Part shown: positions 52,356 to 62,341 of the stretch, piece by piece
How the letters are laid out: each line of letters starts with the position of its first letter
How positions within the stretch are numbered: position 1 is the stretch's first letter
Assembly (NCBI GenBank): GCA_964385625.1
Contig: CAYLPS010000004.1
Span: 6,407 to 70,406 of the forward strand
Origin: an uncultured Anaerolineaceae bacterium
Lineage (GTDB): Bacteria; Chloroflexota; Anaerolineae; Anaerolineales; UBA4823
Reading direction: 5' to 3'
DNA length: 64,000 bases
Program-made: the position numbers and the translations under genes
The notes under the pieces: generated by a model
What the model was told of the DNA's origin: nothing
The model's database searches: none
Seen by the model: the letters and a program-made list of their open reading frames with translations, nothing else

Positions 52356-53216
52356 ATGATGAGCGCGAATATCGATGTGCGTCCTTCCCCAATTGCCGGG
52401 CAATGGTATCCGGGCAATCCTGAGCAGTTATCCAGGAGTGTGGACCGCTACATCCATGACGCTACTTTGCCAAAGTTGGATGGAGAAGTGATAGCCATCA
52501 TCACCCCGCACGCCGGGCACATGTATTCGGGGCCTGTGGCAGGTTACGCTTTCGCAGCTGTTAAGGACATGAATCCCGAGCTGGTCGCCGTTGTTTCTCC
52601 GATGCACTATCCGTACAATGAGCCGTTGCTCACCACAGCACACCAGGCCTACCAGACGCCTCTCGGGATTATTCCAGTAGATAGCGAAGCGGTTGAAGTG
52701 TTAAACCACCAGCTGGAAGATGAGCTGGGTTACGGTTTATCGTATGTCAGGCGCGACCGTGAACATTCATTGGAAATCGAATTGCCTTTCCTGCAGCGCT
52801 CAATAGCGCCCGGCTTCAAGCTCTTGCCACTCATGGTGCGCGAGCAAAGCCATAAAGTGACCCGCATCCTGGGGCGGTGCCTGGCAATGACCCTGCGTGG
52901 ACGAAATGCGTTGCTAGTTGCCAGCACTGACTTGTCTCATTTCTACCCCCAGGAAATCGCCAACCAGCTAGACGCTGAAATGTTGAAAGCCATCGAATCT
53001 TTTGATCCAGATCTGGTAATCCAAACCGAGGAAGAGGGCAGAGGTTTTGCCTGTGGTAGAGGTGCTCTAGCGGCTGTATTATGGGCAGCCAGGAATCTGG
53101 GGGCAGATCACATCACAATCCTCCATCATGCCACCTCAGGGGATGTCACCGGCGATACCGGGCAGGTAGTGGGATACGGAGCGGCGGTGATCCTGCGCCA
53201 ATCAAAGGCTGCATGA
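52356..53216 (+). CDS. amrB: AmmeMemoRadiSam system protein B (MEMO1 family)
   Basis: RPSPIAGQWYPG...IITPHAGHMYSGPVAGYAF signature. ATG at 52356 follows AAGGAGG. Confidence 0.85.
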   Translation: MMSANIDVRPSPIAGQWYPGNPEQLSRSVDRYIHDATLPKLDGEVIAIITPHAGHMYSGPVAGYAFAAVKDMNPELVAVVSPMHYPYNEPLLTTAHQAYQTPLGIIPVDSEAVEVLNHQLEDELGYGLSYVRRDREHSLEIELPFLQRSIAPGFKLLPLMVREQSHKVTRILGRCLAMTLRGRNALLVASTDLSHFYPQEIANQLDAEMLKAIESFDPDLVIQTEEEGRGFACGRGALAAVLWAARNLGADHITILHHATSGDVTGDTGQVVGYGAAVILRQSKAA

Positions 53217-53268
53217 AGGAAATTCTCAGAAATTTACAAATTAGCTATTTGATCGGATTGATGTAAAG

Positions 53269-54603
53269 ATGTTTGTGTGGAATTTTTTATTAATTCTAGG
53301 GCTGATTGCTATAAATGCATTCTTTGTAAGCGTGGAATTTGCCGCAGTGAGCTCCCGCAGGTATCGCATCGAGCTCCTATCGAAAGAAGGTAATTCAGCT
53401 GCCAACCTCGTAAAACAATGGCTTGAAAATCCAACAGCTCGAGACCGAATAATTGCAGCGGTCCAGCTTGGGATTACTATGGATGGTTTGGCGCTTGGTG
53501 CGCTTGGGGAAAACACTTTCCAGCGATTATTACTACCAATATTTAGCGTAATAAACCTTCCCAATAATTTTCAATTCCTTTCGTCAATATTGAATGCTTT
53601 GCCACTGATCCTGTCTTTAGTCATCATCACAGGCTTGCTGGTGGTGCTGGGCGAAATGGTGCCTAAAGTGGCAACCCTGCAGCAGCCGGAGCGCGTTGCC
53701 ATGCTCTCTGCTCAACCAATGAAAGTTTTCAGTAACATCTTCAAATGGTTCATCGACATCCTGGATTGGTCGACCAAGCTCGTATTGCGCATCCTTGGCT
53801 TAAAATTGGTTGGAGAACATTCATTGATCTATACTGTCGACGATCTTAAGCAGATGATTAATGAATCTGAGGAAAGTGGGGTCATAGAATCTCCTGAGCG
53901 TGAGATGATCGAATCGGTGTTTGACTTCGGTGAGCTATTGGTTCGGCAGGTGATGATCCCACGCACCGAGATCGTCGCCATCGAAGGTGAAACAAAATTA
54001 AAAGACATCATTGCCTTGGTGACAAAATACAGCTACACTAAGCTACCGGTATATGAATCTGACCTTGACCAGATCGTCGGCATACTGCATGTCAAAGATG
54101 TGCTGCATGTGATGAACCAGCCTGGCAGCCAGGGTACCACTGCACGTGAGTTGGCCCGTGAGACGCTATACTTGCCGGAAACCCTTCCTGTGAATCAGCT
54201 GCTATACCAGTTCCGTCAGTTCCGCCAGCATATTGCCATTGTATTGGATGAATACGGCGGCACGGCTGGTTTAGTCACTTTAGAAGACCTCTTGGAAGAA
54301 ATCGTGGGTGAGGTGAGTGATCAGTTTGATAAACAGACACCCGAAATTCAGAAACAGCCCGATGGCAGTGTGCTTATCAACGGCTTGACTTTAATTGAAG
54401 ATGTTAACGAGCAATTGGAACTTAACCTCGCGGACCCGCACTACGATACGATTGCCGGTTACTTCCTGGGTAAATTAGGGCGTATCCCCAAGATCGGTGA
54501 TGCTGTAGAGGCAGCTGGTGTTCGGCTGCAGGTTGAATCTATGGATGGCCTTCGCATCTCGCAGCTCAGCTTGGTGCGCGATAAGGACTCCTCCCCTGAT
54601 TAA
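53269..54603 (+). CDS. CNNM/HlyC-CorC family transporter (DUF21 + CBS pair + CorC_HlyC)
   Basis: N-terminal membrane domain, a CBS region ([14 protein letters not shown]...), and a C-terminal transporter-associated domain. Confidence 0.85.
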   Translation: MFVWNFLLILGLIAINAFFVSVEFAAVSSRRYRIELLSKEGNSAANLVKQWLENPTARDRIIAAVQLGITMDGLALGALGENTFQRLLLPIFSVINLPNNFQFLSSILNALPLILSLVIITGLLVVLGEMVPKVATLQQPERVAMLSAQPMKVFSNIFKWFIDILDWSTKLVLRILGLKLVGEHSLIYTVDDLKQMINESEESGVIESPEREMIESVFDFGELLVRQVMIPRTEIVAIEGETKLKDIIALVTKYSYTKLPVYESDLDQIVGILHVKDVLHVMNQPGSQGTTARELARETLYLPETLPVNQLLYQFRQFRQHIAIVLDEYGGTAGLVTLEDLLEEIVGEVSDQFDKQTPEIQKQPDGSVLINGLTLIEDVNEQLELNLADPHYDTIAGYFLGKLGRIPKIGDAVEAAGVRLQVESMDGLRISQLSLVRDKDSSPD

Positions 54604-57159
54604 ATGATGACTTACGTGGAAGTTGCAGTCAATGTTCCACAGGTGAGCGGCACCTTTCACTATCACCTGCCAAATGATCTTGAAGGCGTGGTAAAACCTG
54701 GCATGCTGGTGGAAATCCCATTTGGCCGCCAACAGGTGCAGGGAGTGGTATTTCGCCTGGTAGAACAACCTGAAGTTCCCGAGACCAAGCCGGTTATTTC
54801 CCTGCTCGACCCATTAGCCGTGCTGACGCCCGCTCAAATCAAACTGGCGGAAGAGCTATCACAATCCACTTTGGCGCCCCTGGCCGCCTGCATCGATGCC
54901 ATGATCCCGCCCGGCCTGGCTCAACAGGCAGATACGTTGTACCAGAAAAGCACCCCCGTGATACTGCCCGCTCACCCCCTGACCTCATTGCAAAATCGTA
55001 TCCTCAACCTGATGAATGAGCGAGGTGCCCTGCGAGGGCGCCAGCTGGATAATGCCTTCAGGCACGTAGATTGGCGTCCATCGGTGCGCTCGCTGGTTAA
55101 CCATGGTTTGCTAAGCGCTCATACCGTGTTGCCGCCACCGGCCATCACCGCAAAAACCGTGCGTACCGCCTTGCTGGCTTGCCCTCCAGAACAGGCTCGG
55201 GCTGAGATGCCCGACCTGGCACGCCCCGGCACACCCGCACTTCAGCGCCGGCAAGCCATGCTCAATATATTGTTGCGCGAACACGGTGAGGTCGAGGTGG
55301 CCTGGCTGTACGCCGAAAGCGGCGGTAACCTGGCAGACCTGAAAGCCCTCGCAAAACGCAACCTGGTGCTCCTGGGCAAATCAGAAGTGTGGCGCGACCC
55401 CCTTGACGGGATGGAGTTCGTGTCCAGCTCACCTCCTGAGCTCACCTCAGACCAATCTGTAGTATGGGAAGTGATTGAAAGTGGCATCAAACTAGCTACC
55501 AAAGGATCTCCTATTCTCCCTTATATGCTGCATGGCGTAACTGGCTCGGGAAAAACTGAGGTCTACCTTCGAGCGGTTAAGGAAACCCTGGACCTCGGGC
55601 GCCAGGCAATCATCCTTGTGCCCGAGATTGCCCTTACACCCCAGACCATCCGGCGGTTTGTCAGCCGCTTTCCCGGTTTGGTGGGAAGCATGCATTCGCG
55701 CTTATCGGCCGGTGAGCGTTTCGATACCTGGCGTCGTGCCCGGTTGGGTGAGATCAAGGTGATTGTTGGGCCACGCAGTGCATTATTTACCCCTTTTTCG
55801 AATCTTGGGCTGATCGTGGTAGATGAATTCCATGATGATACCTATTACCAATCTGAAACCCAGCCGCATTATCACGCCCGTGACATGGCAGTGAGATACG
55901 CCCAGCTTACCAGCGCAGTTTGCATATTGGGTTCTGCCACTCCGGATATTGTCAGTCGATACCAGGCAGAGCAACATCACTGGTATTACCTGAAGCTTCC
56001 CCAACGTATCCTGGCGCATCGCCAGGCAGTTCAAAAACAAGTCGAAAAGCTGGGTATCAGCTCGCGCTACCAATCCATCGGCCACCTGACTGAGTTCATC
56101 GACCTGCCGCCTGTTGATGTGGTTGACATGCGGCAAGAGCTCCAGGAAGGCAACCGTTCGATATTCAGCCGGTCATTGCAGGCAGCGCTGCATGAAACCC
56201 TGGAGCACGAGCAGCAAGCCATCCTGTTCCTTAACCGCCGGGGGAGTGCCACATATATCTTCTGCCGTAATTGCGGTTATATCCTCAAGTGTCCCCGCTG
56301 TGATCTGCCACTCACCTTCCACGTGGCTGGCTCGAAGTTAGGCATAAAGACAGTGATCACCGAAGACCAGCTCAATTGTCACTACTGTGGCTATGAGCGC
56401 AAACTGCCCACGCATTGCCCGCAGTGTAACAGTGATCGTATCCGCCAGTATGGCACCGGCACCGAAAAGCTGGAAAAGGAAGTGCAGGCACTCATCCCAG
56501 GGGTTCGCACTCTGCGCTGGGATTTCGAGACCACCCGCCAGAAAGGTGCGCACGATATCATCCTGAGCCACTTCGTCAACCACCATGCCGATGTGCTGGT
56601 TGGCACGCAGATGATCGCTAAAGGGTTGGACCTGCCCCTTGTAACGCTGGTTGGGGTGGTGCTGGCTGATGTTGGCCTAAGCCTGCCGGATTTACGTTCT
56701 GCCGAGCGCACCTTCCAGATTCTTACCCAGGTGGCGGGAAGGGCTGGACGCAGCCCTCTGGGAGGGCAGGTGATTCTGCAAACCTTCCTACCCGAGCATT
56801 ATGTCATCCAGGCGGCTTCCCGGCATGATTACCAGGCGTTTTACCAGCAGGAGCTGGAATACCGCCGCCAGCTGCATTATCCTCCCTTCTCTCAGCTGGT
56901 GCGACTGGAATACCGCCACCGCGACCCTCAACGCGCTGAAGCTACGGCCCAGACGATGGCAGCACAAATCAAAACCTGGCTGGTGGAGGAGAAATTTCTC
57001 GAGACAGAGCTGGTGGGCCCAGTGCCATGCTTTTTTTCGCGTATTGGTGGTTTGTACCGCTGGCAGCTGGTGTTACGCGGGCCCAACCCGGCTTCACTGT
57101 TGCGTGGACGCAACCTGGGAGACTGGCGTGTTGAGGTGAACCCGCCTTCTTTGCTATAA
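54604..57159 (+). CDS. priA: Primosomal protein N-prime (replication restart helicase)
   Basis: Walker A GVTGSGKTEV, DEFH box, Cys cluster CRNCGYILKCPRCD...CHYCG...CPQC. Confidence 0.9.
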   Translation: MMTYVEVAVNVPQVSGTFHYHLPNDLEGVVKPGMLVEIPFGRQQVQGVVFRLVEQPEVPETKPVISLLDPLAVLTPAQIKLAEELSQSTLAPLAACIDAMIPPGLAQQADTLYQKSTPVILPAHPLTSLQNRILNLMNERGALRGRQLDNAFRHVDWRPSVRSLVNHGLLSAHTVLPPPAITAKTVRTALLACPPEQARAEMPDLARPGTPALQRRQAMLNILLREHGEVEVAWLYAESGGNLADLKALAKRNLVLLGKSEVWRDPLDGMEFVSSSPPELTSDQSVVWEVIESGIKLATKGSPILPYMLHGVTGSGKTEVYLRAVKETLDLGRQAIILVPEIALTPQTIRRFVSRFPGLVGSMHSRLSAGERFDTWRRARLGEIKVIVGPRSALFTPFSNLGLIVVDEFHDDTYYQSETQPHYHARDMAVRYAQLTSAVCILGSATPDIVSRYQAEQHHWYYLKLPQRILAHRQAVQKQVEKLGISSRYQSIGHLTEFIDLPPVDVVDMRQELQEGNRSIFSRSLQAALHETLEHEQQAILFLNRRGSATYIFCRNCGYILKCPRCDLPLTFHVAGSKLGIKTVITEDQLNCHYCGYERKLPTHCPQCNSDRIRQYGTGTEKLEKEVQALIPGVRTLRWDFETTRQKGAHDIILSHFVNHHADVLVGTQMIAKGLDLPLVTLVGVVLADVGLSLPDLRSAERTFQILTQVAGRAGRSPLGGQVILQTFLPEHYVIQAASRHDYQAFYQQELEYRRQLHYPPFSQLVRLEYRHRDPQRAEATAQTMAAQIKTWLVEEKFLETELVGPVPCFFSRIGGLYRWQLVLRGPNPASLLRGRNLGDWRVEVNPPSLL

Positions 57160-57237
57160 TATTCTCAGGTTTACGAGCTTACAATTTAACGGCCAATTCG
57201 GAATCCATCAAGCAAATGATCCAAATTGGAGGTCAGT

Positions 57238-58119
57238 ATGCAAAGCATCAATCGCGGGTGGGGATTCTTAAAACAAGCCTGGCAAATGGCCATGGTCGAT
57301 AAAGACCTGCTCAAACCGTCCATCTACGCCCTGTTTGCAGGAATTATCATCACGATCATCCTGGTCATCCCCATTGGGGCGATATCATTCCTGTTGCAAG
57401 ACTTCAATGGTGGGCAATACGTCATCTATGTGCTTGGGGCAATCCTGATCTTCATTCAATACATGGTGGGATATATATTTTCCAGCATGACGGTATATCT
57501 CATCTACGGCTACCTGGCCGAAGGTGATGGTAGGATGGACAAAGCCTGGGCTATCGTCAGGCGTGATCTGTGGGACATCGCTAGCCTGGCCGCGGCATCA
57601 ACTTTAGTCAATCTTCTCAAGAGCGCAGTGCGGGGCAAAGGTAAAAGTGGAGGTCGAAACCTGCTGGCTGGAATCATCGAAACAGTCTGGACGGAAGCCG
57701 CCTTTCTAATCTTGCCCGCCATGGTGATTGAAGATATCAACCTGAAAGGAGGCATCAAGCGCGCCACACAAATCATCAAGGAAAACCTGTTGCTGGTTGG
57801 TATTAGCACTGTGGGTGTTAAAACCATCACCGGTTTGATTGGTTTCCTGTTGGGTGCTCTGGGCATCGCATTTGGTTTTGGCGTAGGGCTGGGCATCGTC
57901 TCCGCCAGCCAGGGGTCTGTGGCAGGCATGGTTGGCGGAGTGACGTTGGGGATTCTGATAGCCACACCATTCATCATGGTAGCGACCATCATCGCCACTT
58001 ACACCTCCACTGCCTATCACACCTGCTTGTACTTGTGGGCACGCGATGTCGAGCGAGCCAGGCTGTCAGGTCAAGCCGGTGAAGTTCGTGCCCCATCACC
58101 ACTTTCAGCAGTCTTATAA
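57238..58119 (+). CDS. Multi-span membrane protein, unknown function
   Basis: Several long hydrophobic segments. ATG at 57238 follows GGAGG. Confidence 0.55.
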   Translation: MQSINRGWGFLKQAWQMAMVDKDLLKPSIYALFAGIIITIILVIPIGAISFLLQDFNGGQYVIYVLGAILIFIQYMVGYIFSSMTVYLIYGYLAEGDGRMDKAWAIVRRDLWDIASLAAASTLVNLLKSAVRGKGKSGGRNLLAGIIETVWTEAAFLILPAMVIEDINLKGGIKRATQIIKENLLLVGISTVGVKTITGLIGFLLGALGIAFGFGVGLGIVSASQGSVAGMVGGVTLGILIATPFIMVATIIATYTSTAYHTCLYLWARDVERARLSGQAGEVRAPSPLSAVL

Positions 58120-58160
58120 TAAGAACACTACCCATAATCATTAAACCACCGGAGTTTGGG

Positions 58161-58661
58161 ATGCCAGAAATACGCCATGAAACGATAACCTGGGACGAAG
58201 TGGACAAGCTGATCGAACACCTGTTGCCTCAGTTTGAGGGGGAATTTGAGGTGATGGTGATCATCACCCGGGGTGGCGTCATCCCTGGCGGGTTGTTGGC
58301 TGAAGCCATGGGTATCCAGACCATCCTGACCGCCTCAGTGGATTTCCCTGGGGAAGCTGAACGCCAGAAAGCCGGCTTATATGCCTGGCCACGCTTTATC
58401 GAATTCCCCGGCGATGAATTGCTGAACGGTAAACGCTGCCTGGTGGTGGATGATGTATGGGGCTCCGGGCGCACCATAACCGCCGTGAAAAACCGCATTG
58501 TCGCCGCGGGTGGCATCCCGCTCACCTGCGTACTGCATTTCAATCCATACCGCACCTTGTTTGGCAGCCTATGCCCCGATTACTACGCCGCCATCACCGA
58601 TGCCTATATCGTTTATCCATGGGAAAGACGGCGCGGAGCCGATAAGGTCCGCCTGGGTTAA
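58161..58661 (+). CDS. Purine/xanthine-type phosphoribosyltransferase
   Basis: PRPP-binding motif CLVVDDVWGSGRT; 166 aa. Confidence 0.8.
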   Translation: MPEIRHETITWDEVDKLIEHLLPQFEGEFEVMVIITRGGVIPGGLLAEAMGIQTILTASVDFPGEAERQKAGLYAWPRFIEFPGDELLNGKRCLVVDDVWGSGRTITAVKNRIVAAGGIPLTCVLHFNPYRTLFGSLCPDYYAAITDAYIVYPWERRRGADKVRLG

Positions 58662-58727
58662 CTTGACACTGGTTTTCACCAGGCTGTAAAGATTCCTGAT
58701 TGTTGAACAATATAAGCTCTGTGTGAT

Positions 58728-59654
58728 CTACTGTTTTTGAATATCGGCTCGTGGATAAGGCTTCTCTTTTGGATCGAGCAATACGAGTAAGCCCAAGGCG
58801 CCCATATCTGAAAACAACATGGGGGCTAGGAAGGGTGCCCCGCGGATGAATCGCTCCACCACGATGGTATTATCCAGGCCCAGGTTGCGCAGGATGTGCA
58901 GCACAACTCCCACCATGCCTACGGCGAGTAGCAAAAGCATCGCAGCCAGGTATGTCAATAAATCGCCGCGATGTGGTGATTTAAGCATGCCGAGTAATAT
59001 TGTTACTATAGTAGCAAACACGCCAATGCCAGTTGGCAGCCACAGCCATGGATTCTCGAAATTTGTTCGGGCGTGGTCTAAGACGCTGCTGATTACGGTA
59101 GCCAGAATGCCCAACCCCACCATGAAAAAGAAGGCTGTGGATTTATTGAGTGGCAGGGTGACTTTGCGTCCAGCCGGAAGCTTCAACCTGCCACTGTCGG
59201 CAGGCTGTTCGGTCCATATAGCAAAAATGCCCATCAAGCCGACCAGCGCAAAGGTTAGCGGCGCCAACAGAGGGGGTGCCCATACTAGCAGCGGGATGGA
59301 AACCTGCTCCCCGGTTGGAGCAAAAGGCAGCACGGCGCGCATCAAGTGAAAAGATATCCCCAGTAACCCAACCACGATACTAGCAAAATAGATCAGCGTA
59401 CCAACGACATTCGCGGTAGCGCGTTTGCGGATGGCCAGAAGCCCCACTGCTGCCAGCATTGTGCCGGCCAGTGGGCCAAAAATAATCGGAATCCACTCCT
59501 TGGGCATAATTGTCCCGCTGATTGAATGTGCCAGGTAGGTTTCGAGACCCAATAAAAACTCATTCAAGGCCAGCATCAAGAGCATCGCCTGGTCGCGTGT
59601 GACCGGTATGCGCACCCGCTCTATCTTCGGGAAAATTGTTGCCAGGTAGTACAT
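58728..59654 (-). CDS. Integral membrane protein (about 8 spans) downstream of the octaheme cytochrome gene
   Basis: Highly hydrophobic 308-aa ORF. Its start lies 2 nt after the cytochrome stop. Confidence 0.6.
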   Translation of the reverse strand: MYYLATIFPKIERVRIPVTRDQAMLLMLALNEFLLGLETYLAHSISGTIMPKEWIPIIFGPLAGTMLAAVGLLAIRKRATANVVGTLIYFASIVVGLLGISFHLMRAVLPFAPTGEQVSIPLLVWAPPLLAPLTFALVGLMGIFAIWTEQPADSGRLKLPAGRKVTLPLNKSTAFFFMVGLGILATVISSVLDHARTNFENPWLWLPTGIGVFATIVTILLGMLKSPHRGDLLTYLAAMLLLLAVGMVGVVLHILRNLGLDNTIVVERFIRGAPFLAPMLFSDMGALGLLVLLDPKEKPYPRADIQKQ

Positions 59655-59656
59655 GC

Positions 59657-60940
59657 TTATGGTGTCATCCCAGCCGCCTGCTGCTTTGCATTGACCATCT
59701 CACGCAGGCTGGCCAGGGTCTCTTGCAAAGGATAAGCGCCGTGCCATTGTGCGTAATCAGGTCCTTGCATCCATGCCCCAAACTTGGTCGTGCGCCCCCA
59801 ATAATGCCACAGGTTGAAGAAAGTGAAATCTATCGTTTCATCGAAAGTATTCGTGTCAACCAATCCCTGTTCCTGGAGAGGGGCTACCAGGTCGTTGCTC
59901 TCCTGTACCCAGGCATTCACTTGGTGAGTAGCAGAATCAGCCTTGGCATATATACTCTCGACGAATGTCTGGTTATGACATTCAAAACAAACGCTTTGCA
60001 TGCGGGCGCGATTATCCTCCCATGCGGGTCTCTGGGTACTTATGGAGGCGAACAGGTACCATGAAAGCCTGTCGCCTACATCATGGGTTGTGCCATTGCT
60101 ACCAAAACCGCTCATATGGCAAACCGCGCAGGTGGGAGCTGGAAAATCGATCACAGTGAGATTGCCGGGCTCCGCCTCCCAATTCCAACCTGCTCCCATG
60201 GTGGCATATGAAATCCCATGTGCCGATTCCTGGTAAATCTCCCATTGGGGGTGGTCGGGGCCAATGTGGCAGTTGTTGCACGTCTCGGGTTTGCGTGCCT
60301 GCTCCAGGCTGAATGCGTGACGGATATGACATTTCTGGCAACGGCCAACCGATTCATCCGCAGCTGGCAAACCAATACTGTGGCAATCTTCACAGGCGAT
60401 GGGGGTGATCGCCGGACCTTCCAGAACTGCGATTGCGTTGCGAGCTTTATCAGGGGCGAAAGAACCCTCAGGGATGGCCTGGTACATCGCCAGGAGCGTG
60501 GATGACAAACCCTGCGAGCCGGCGACAGCTACATAAGCAGGCAATCCATGCCGGCTTTGATAAAACTGGGCTACTTCAGCTTCATGGCAATTCTGGCACA
60601 TGGCGGTGGTGGGGGCCGACAGGATATACGCACCTTCATGTTCTACGGCACCCGGGTAACCAGCCTTGACCTCGTGACAGCTGCGGCATGTTACCTGTGT
60701 TGCCGCCATACTGCTGTGGCTAAACTGGTCAACAATACCCGGGCTGGTTTCTCGGTGGCAGGTAACACACGCATCTGTGCTGTTTGCCAGGACGTCCACC
60801 TGTTCCAGATTCACCTTTGTCCCTGAGTGGCCGATTACCAGCACCAGGAATGCGATGCCCACGATGACCAGCGTCGATATCAGGCCAAGGATCAGGACGC
60901 GAATTGATCGAAATCGTCCAGAAGGTTGGTCCATCAGCAC
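59657..60940 (-). CDS. Octaheme c-type cytochrome (HAO-like family candidate)
   Basis: Eight CxxCH motifs (CVTCH, CRSCH, CQNCH, CEDCH, CQKCH, CNNCH, CAVCH, CFECH) after an N-terminal membrane/signal span. Confidence 0.85.
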   Translation of the reverse strand: MLMDQPSGRFRSIRVLILGLISTLVIVGIAFLVLVIGHSGTKVNLEQVDVLANSTDACVTCHRETSPGIVDQFSHSSMAATQVTCRSCHEVKAGYPGAVEHEGAYILSAPTTAMCQNCHEAEVAQFYQSRHGLPAYVAVAGSQGLSSTLLAMYQAIPEGSFAPDKARNAIAVLEGPAITPIACEDCHSIGLPAADESVGRCQKCHIRHAFSLEQARKPETCNNCHIGPDHPQWEIYQESAHGISYATMGAGWNWEAEPGNLTVIDFPAPTCAVCHMSGFGSNGTTHDVGDRLSWYLFASISTQRPAWEDNRARMQSVCFECHNQTFVESIYAKADSATHQVNAWVQESNDLVAPLQEQGLVDTNTFDETIDFTFFNLWHYWGRTTKFGAWMQGPDYAQWHGAYPLQETLASLREMVNAKQQAAGMTP

Positions 60941-61169
60941 TCTCCTCGAAAAAAGTTAAAAAAACATGGTGGTGGAATGATCTTCGGTCAGGAGGTACCT
61001 CACAAGTGAAGCATTCAGTCACAATCCCAGTCGCTGCCAAGCCACACTCAGGGTTACGCTACTTTTCGAACCAATATTACTCTGCACGGAAATTATACCA
61101 GGAGTAATAATATTAATTCTCCATTAATGTGAATTGCCGTCCAGGTTTTATTTCGCTCAGGGAATGTAA

Positions 61170-62339
61170 TTATCTGTAATGCCGGCCCTTCCAGCTGACC
61201 CCTCGCCCTGACACCACTTTGTAAACCGAAGCTACCATCATGGCGGTGAAGATGAGTGCTCCCAAGGGGAAAGTAAAGGCATACCCGGAGTGGATGCCAA
61301 ATTCCTGGCAAGCATGCAGCCGCTTTTCCAATAAGAAACCCCACAGGATCAACGCTTCGATGACCACTACACTAGCTACCATTCCTCCTCCAGCTGCCAA
61401 CCATATCAGCCCACCTACCAGCCACAGGGGCAATAAGATTGAAACCAGCAATCCCAGCACTGCTCCGAATAACAACAGCCATAACCGGTCACGCAGCCCA
61501 AGATAGATATTCTTGGTCCAGCCTTCCCACATCTCGGGCAAGGAAGTGTACATGCGCGTGCTGGCAACCTGGCGCCCATCTGCCAGGATGAGCCTGAAAC
61601 CAGCCTGTTTAACCACGATTGCCAGGGCTTTGTCTTCATCGATGCGGTCTTTTACCGATGCATGCCCCCCAATCTGATCGTAAACACCCCGCCTGATCAG
61701 GATGAACTGTCCGTTGGAGATGGCTTCAGGGCGGGCAGGGTCATTTACGCGTTCCACTGGAAAACCGAAGGAAAGGCCCATGAAAACCAGTGGGAGAACG
61801 GTCCGTTCCCAGAAAGTGCCCAGCTCCTGGCGGGAGAGGATGGAGAACATATCGGCCTGGTTTTCATTTGCCTCGAGATATGCCGCAAAGAGCAGGTCAG
61901 GGTGGGCGAAGGTATCTGCATCCATAAAACACAGCCATTCGCCACGTGCTGACTCAGCACCTTGCACCAACGCGTGTGGCTTGCCGGCCCATCCTTTGGG
62001 TAATTCGGTCCCATGGATGACGCTTATCCGCGCATCTGCATCAGCCTGCTCAGCCAGGATATGCGGCGTTTCATCGCTTGACCGGTCATCCACAACGATT
62101 AGCTCAAAATGCGGGTATGTTTGCCTGAGCAATGCCTGGATACATCGGTAGATATTGCGGGCTTCATTGCGCGCGGGGATGATCACAGAAATCAAAGGCA
62201 ACCGTCTCGCCAACAGCTCTTCCGGCTGCTCAGCCAGTGGCTTAACTACAACCTGGAACCTTCCCTGGGTGTGCACCAGCCGGGTGATATACAACCCCAG
62301 CAGCATGGCCAGGGTTGAGAAAATAGCTATGGATGACAA
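61170..62339 (-). CDS. Family 2 glycosyltransferase with C-terminal membrane spans
   Basis: SVIIPARNEARNI, VVDDRSSDET and FMDADT (DxD) motifs, with a hydrophobic C-terminal third. Confidence 0.8.
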   Translation of the reverse strand: MSSIAIFSTLAMLLGLYITRLVHTQGRFQVVVKPLAEQPEELLARRLPLISVIIPARNEARNIYRCIQALLRQTYPHFELIVVDDRSSDETPHILAEQADADARISVIHGTELPKGWAGKPHALVQGAESARGEWLCFMDADTFAHPDLLFAAYLEANENQADMFSILSRQELGTFWERTVLPLVFMGLSFGFPVERVNDPARPEAISNGQFILIRRGVYDQIGGHASVKDRIDEDKALAIVVKQAGFRLILADGRQVASTRMYTSLPEMWEGWTKNIYLGLRDRLWLLLFGAVLGLLVSILLPLWLVGGLIWLAAGGGMVASVVVIEALILWGFLLEKRLHACQEFGIHSGYAFTFPLGALIFTAMMVASVYKVVSGRGVSWKGRHYR

Positions 62340-62341
62340 GC

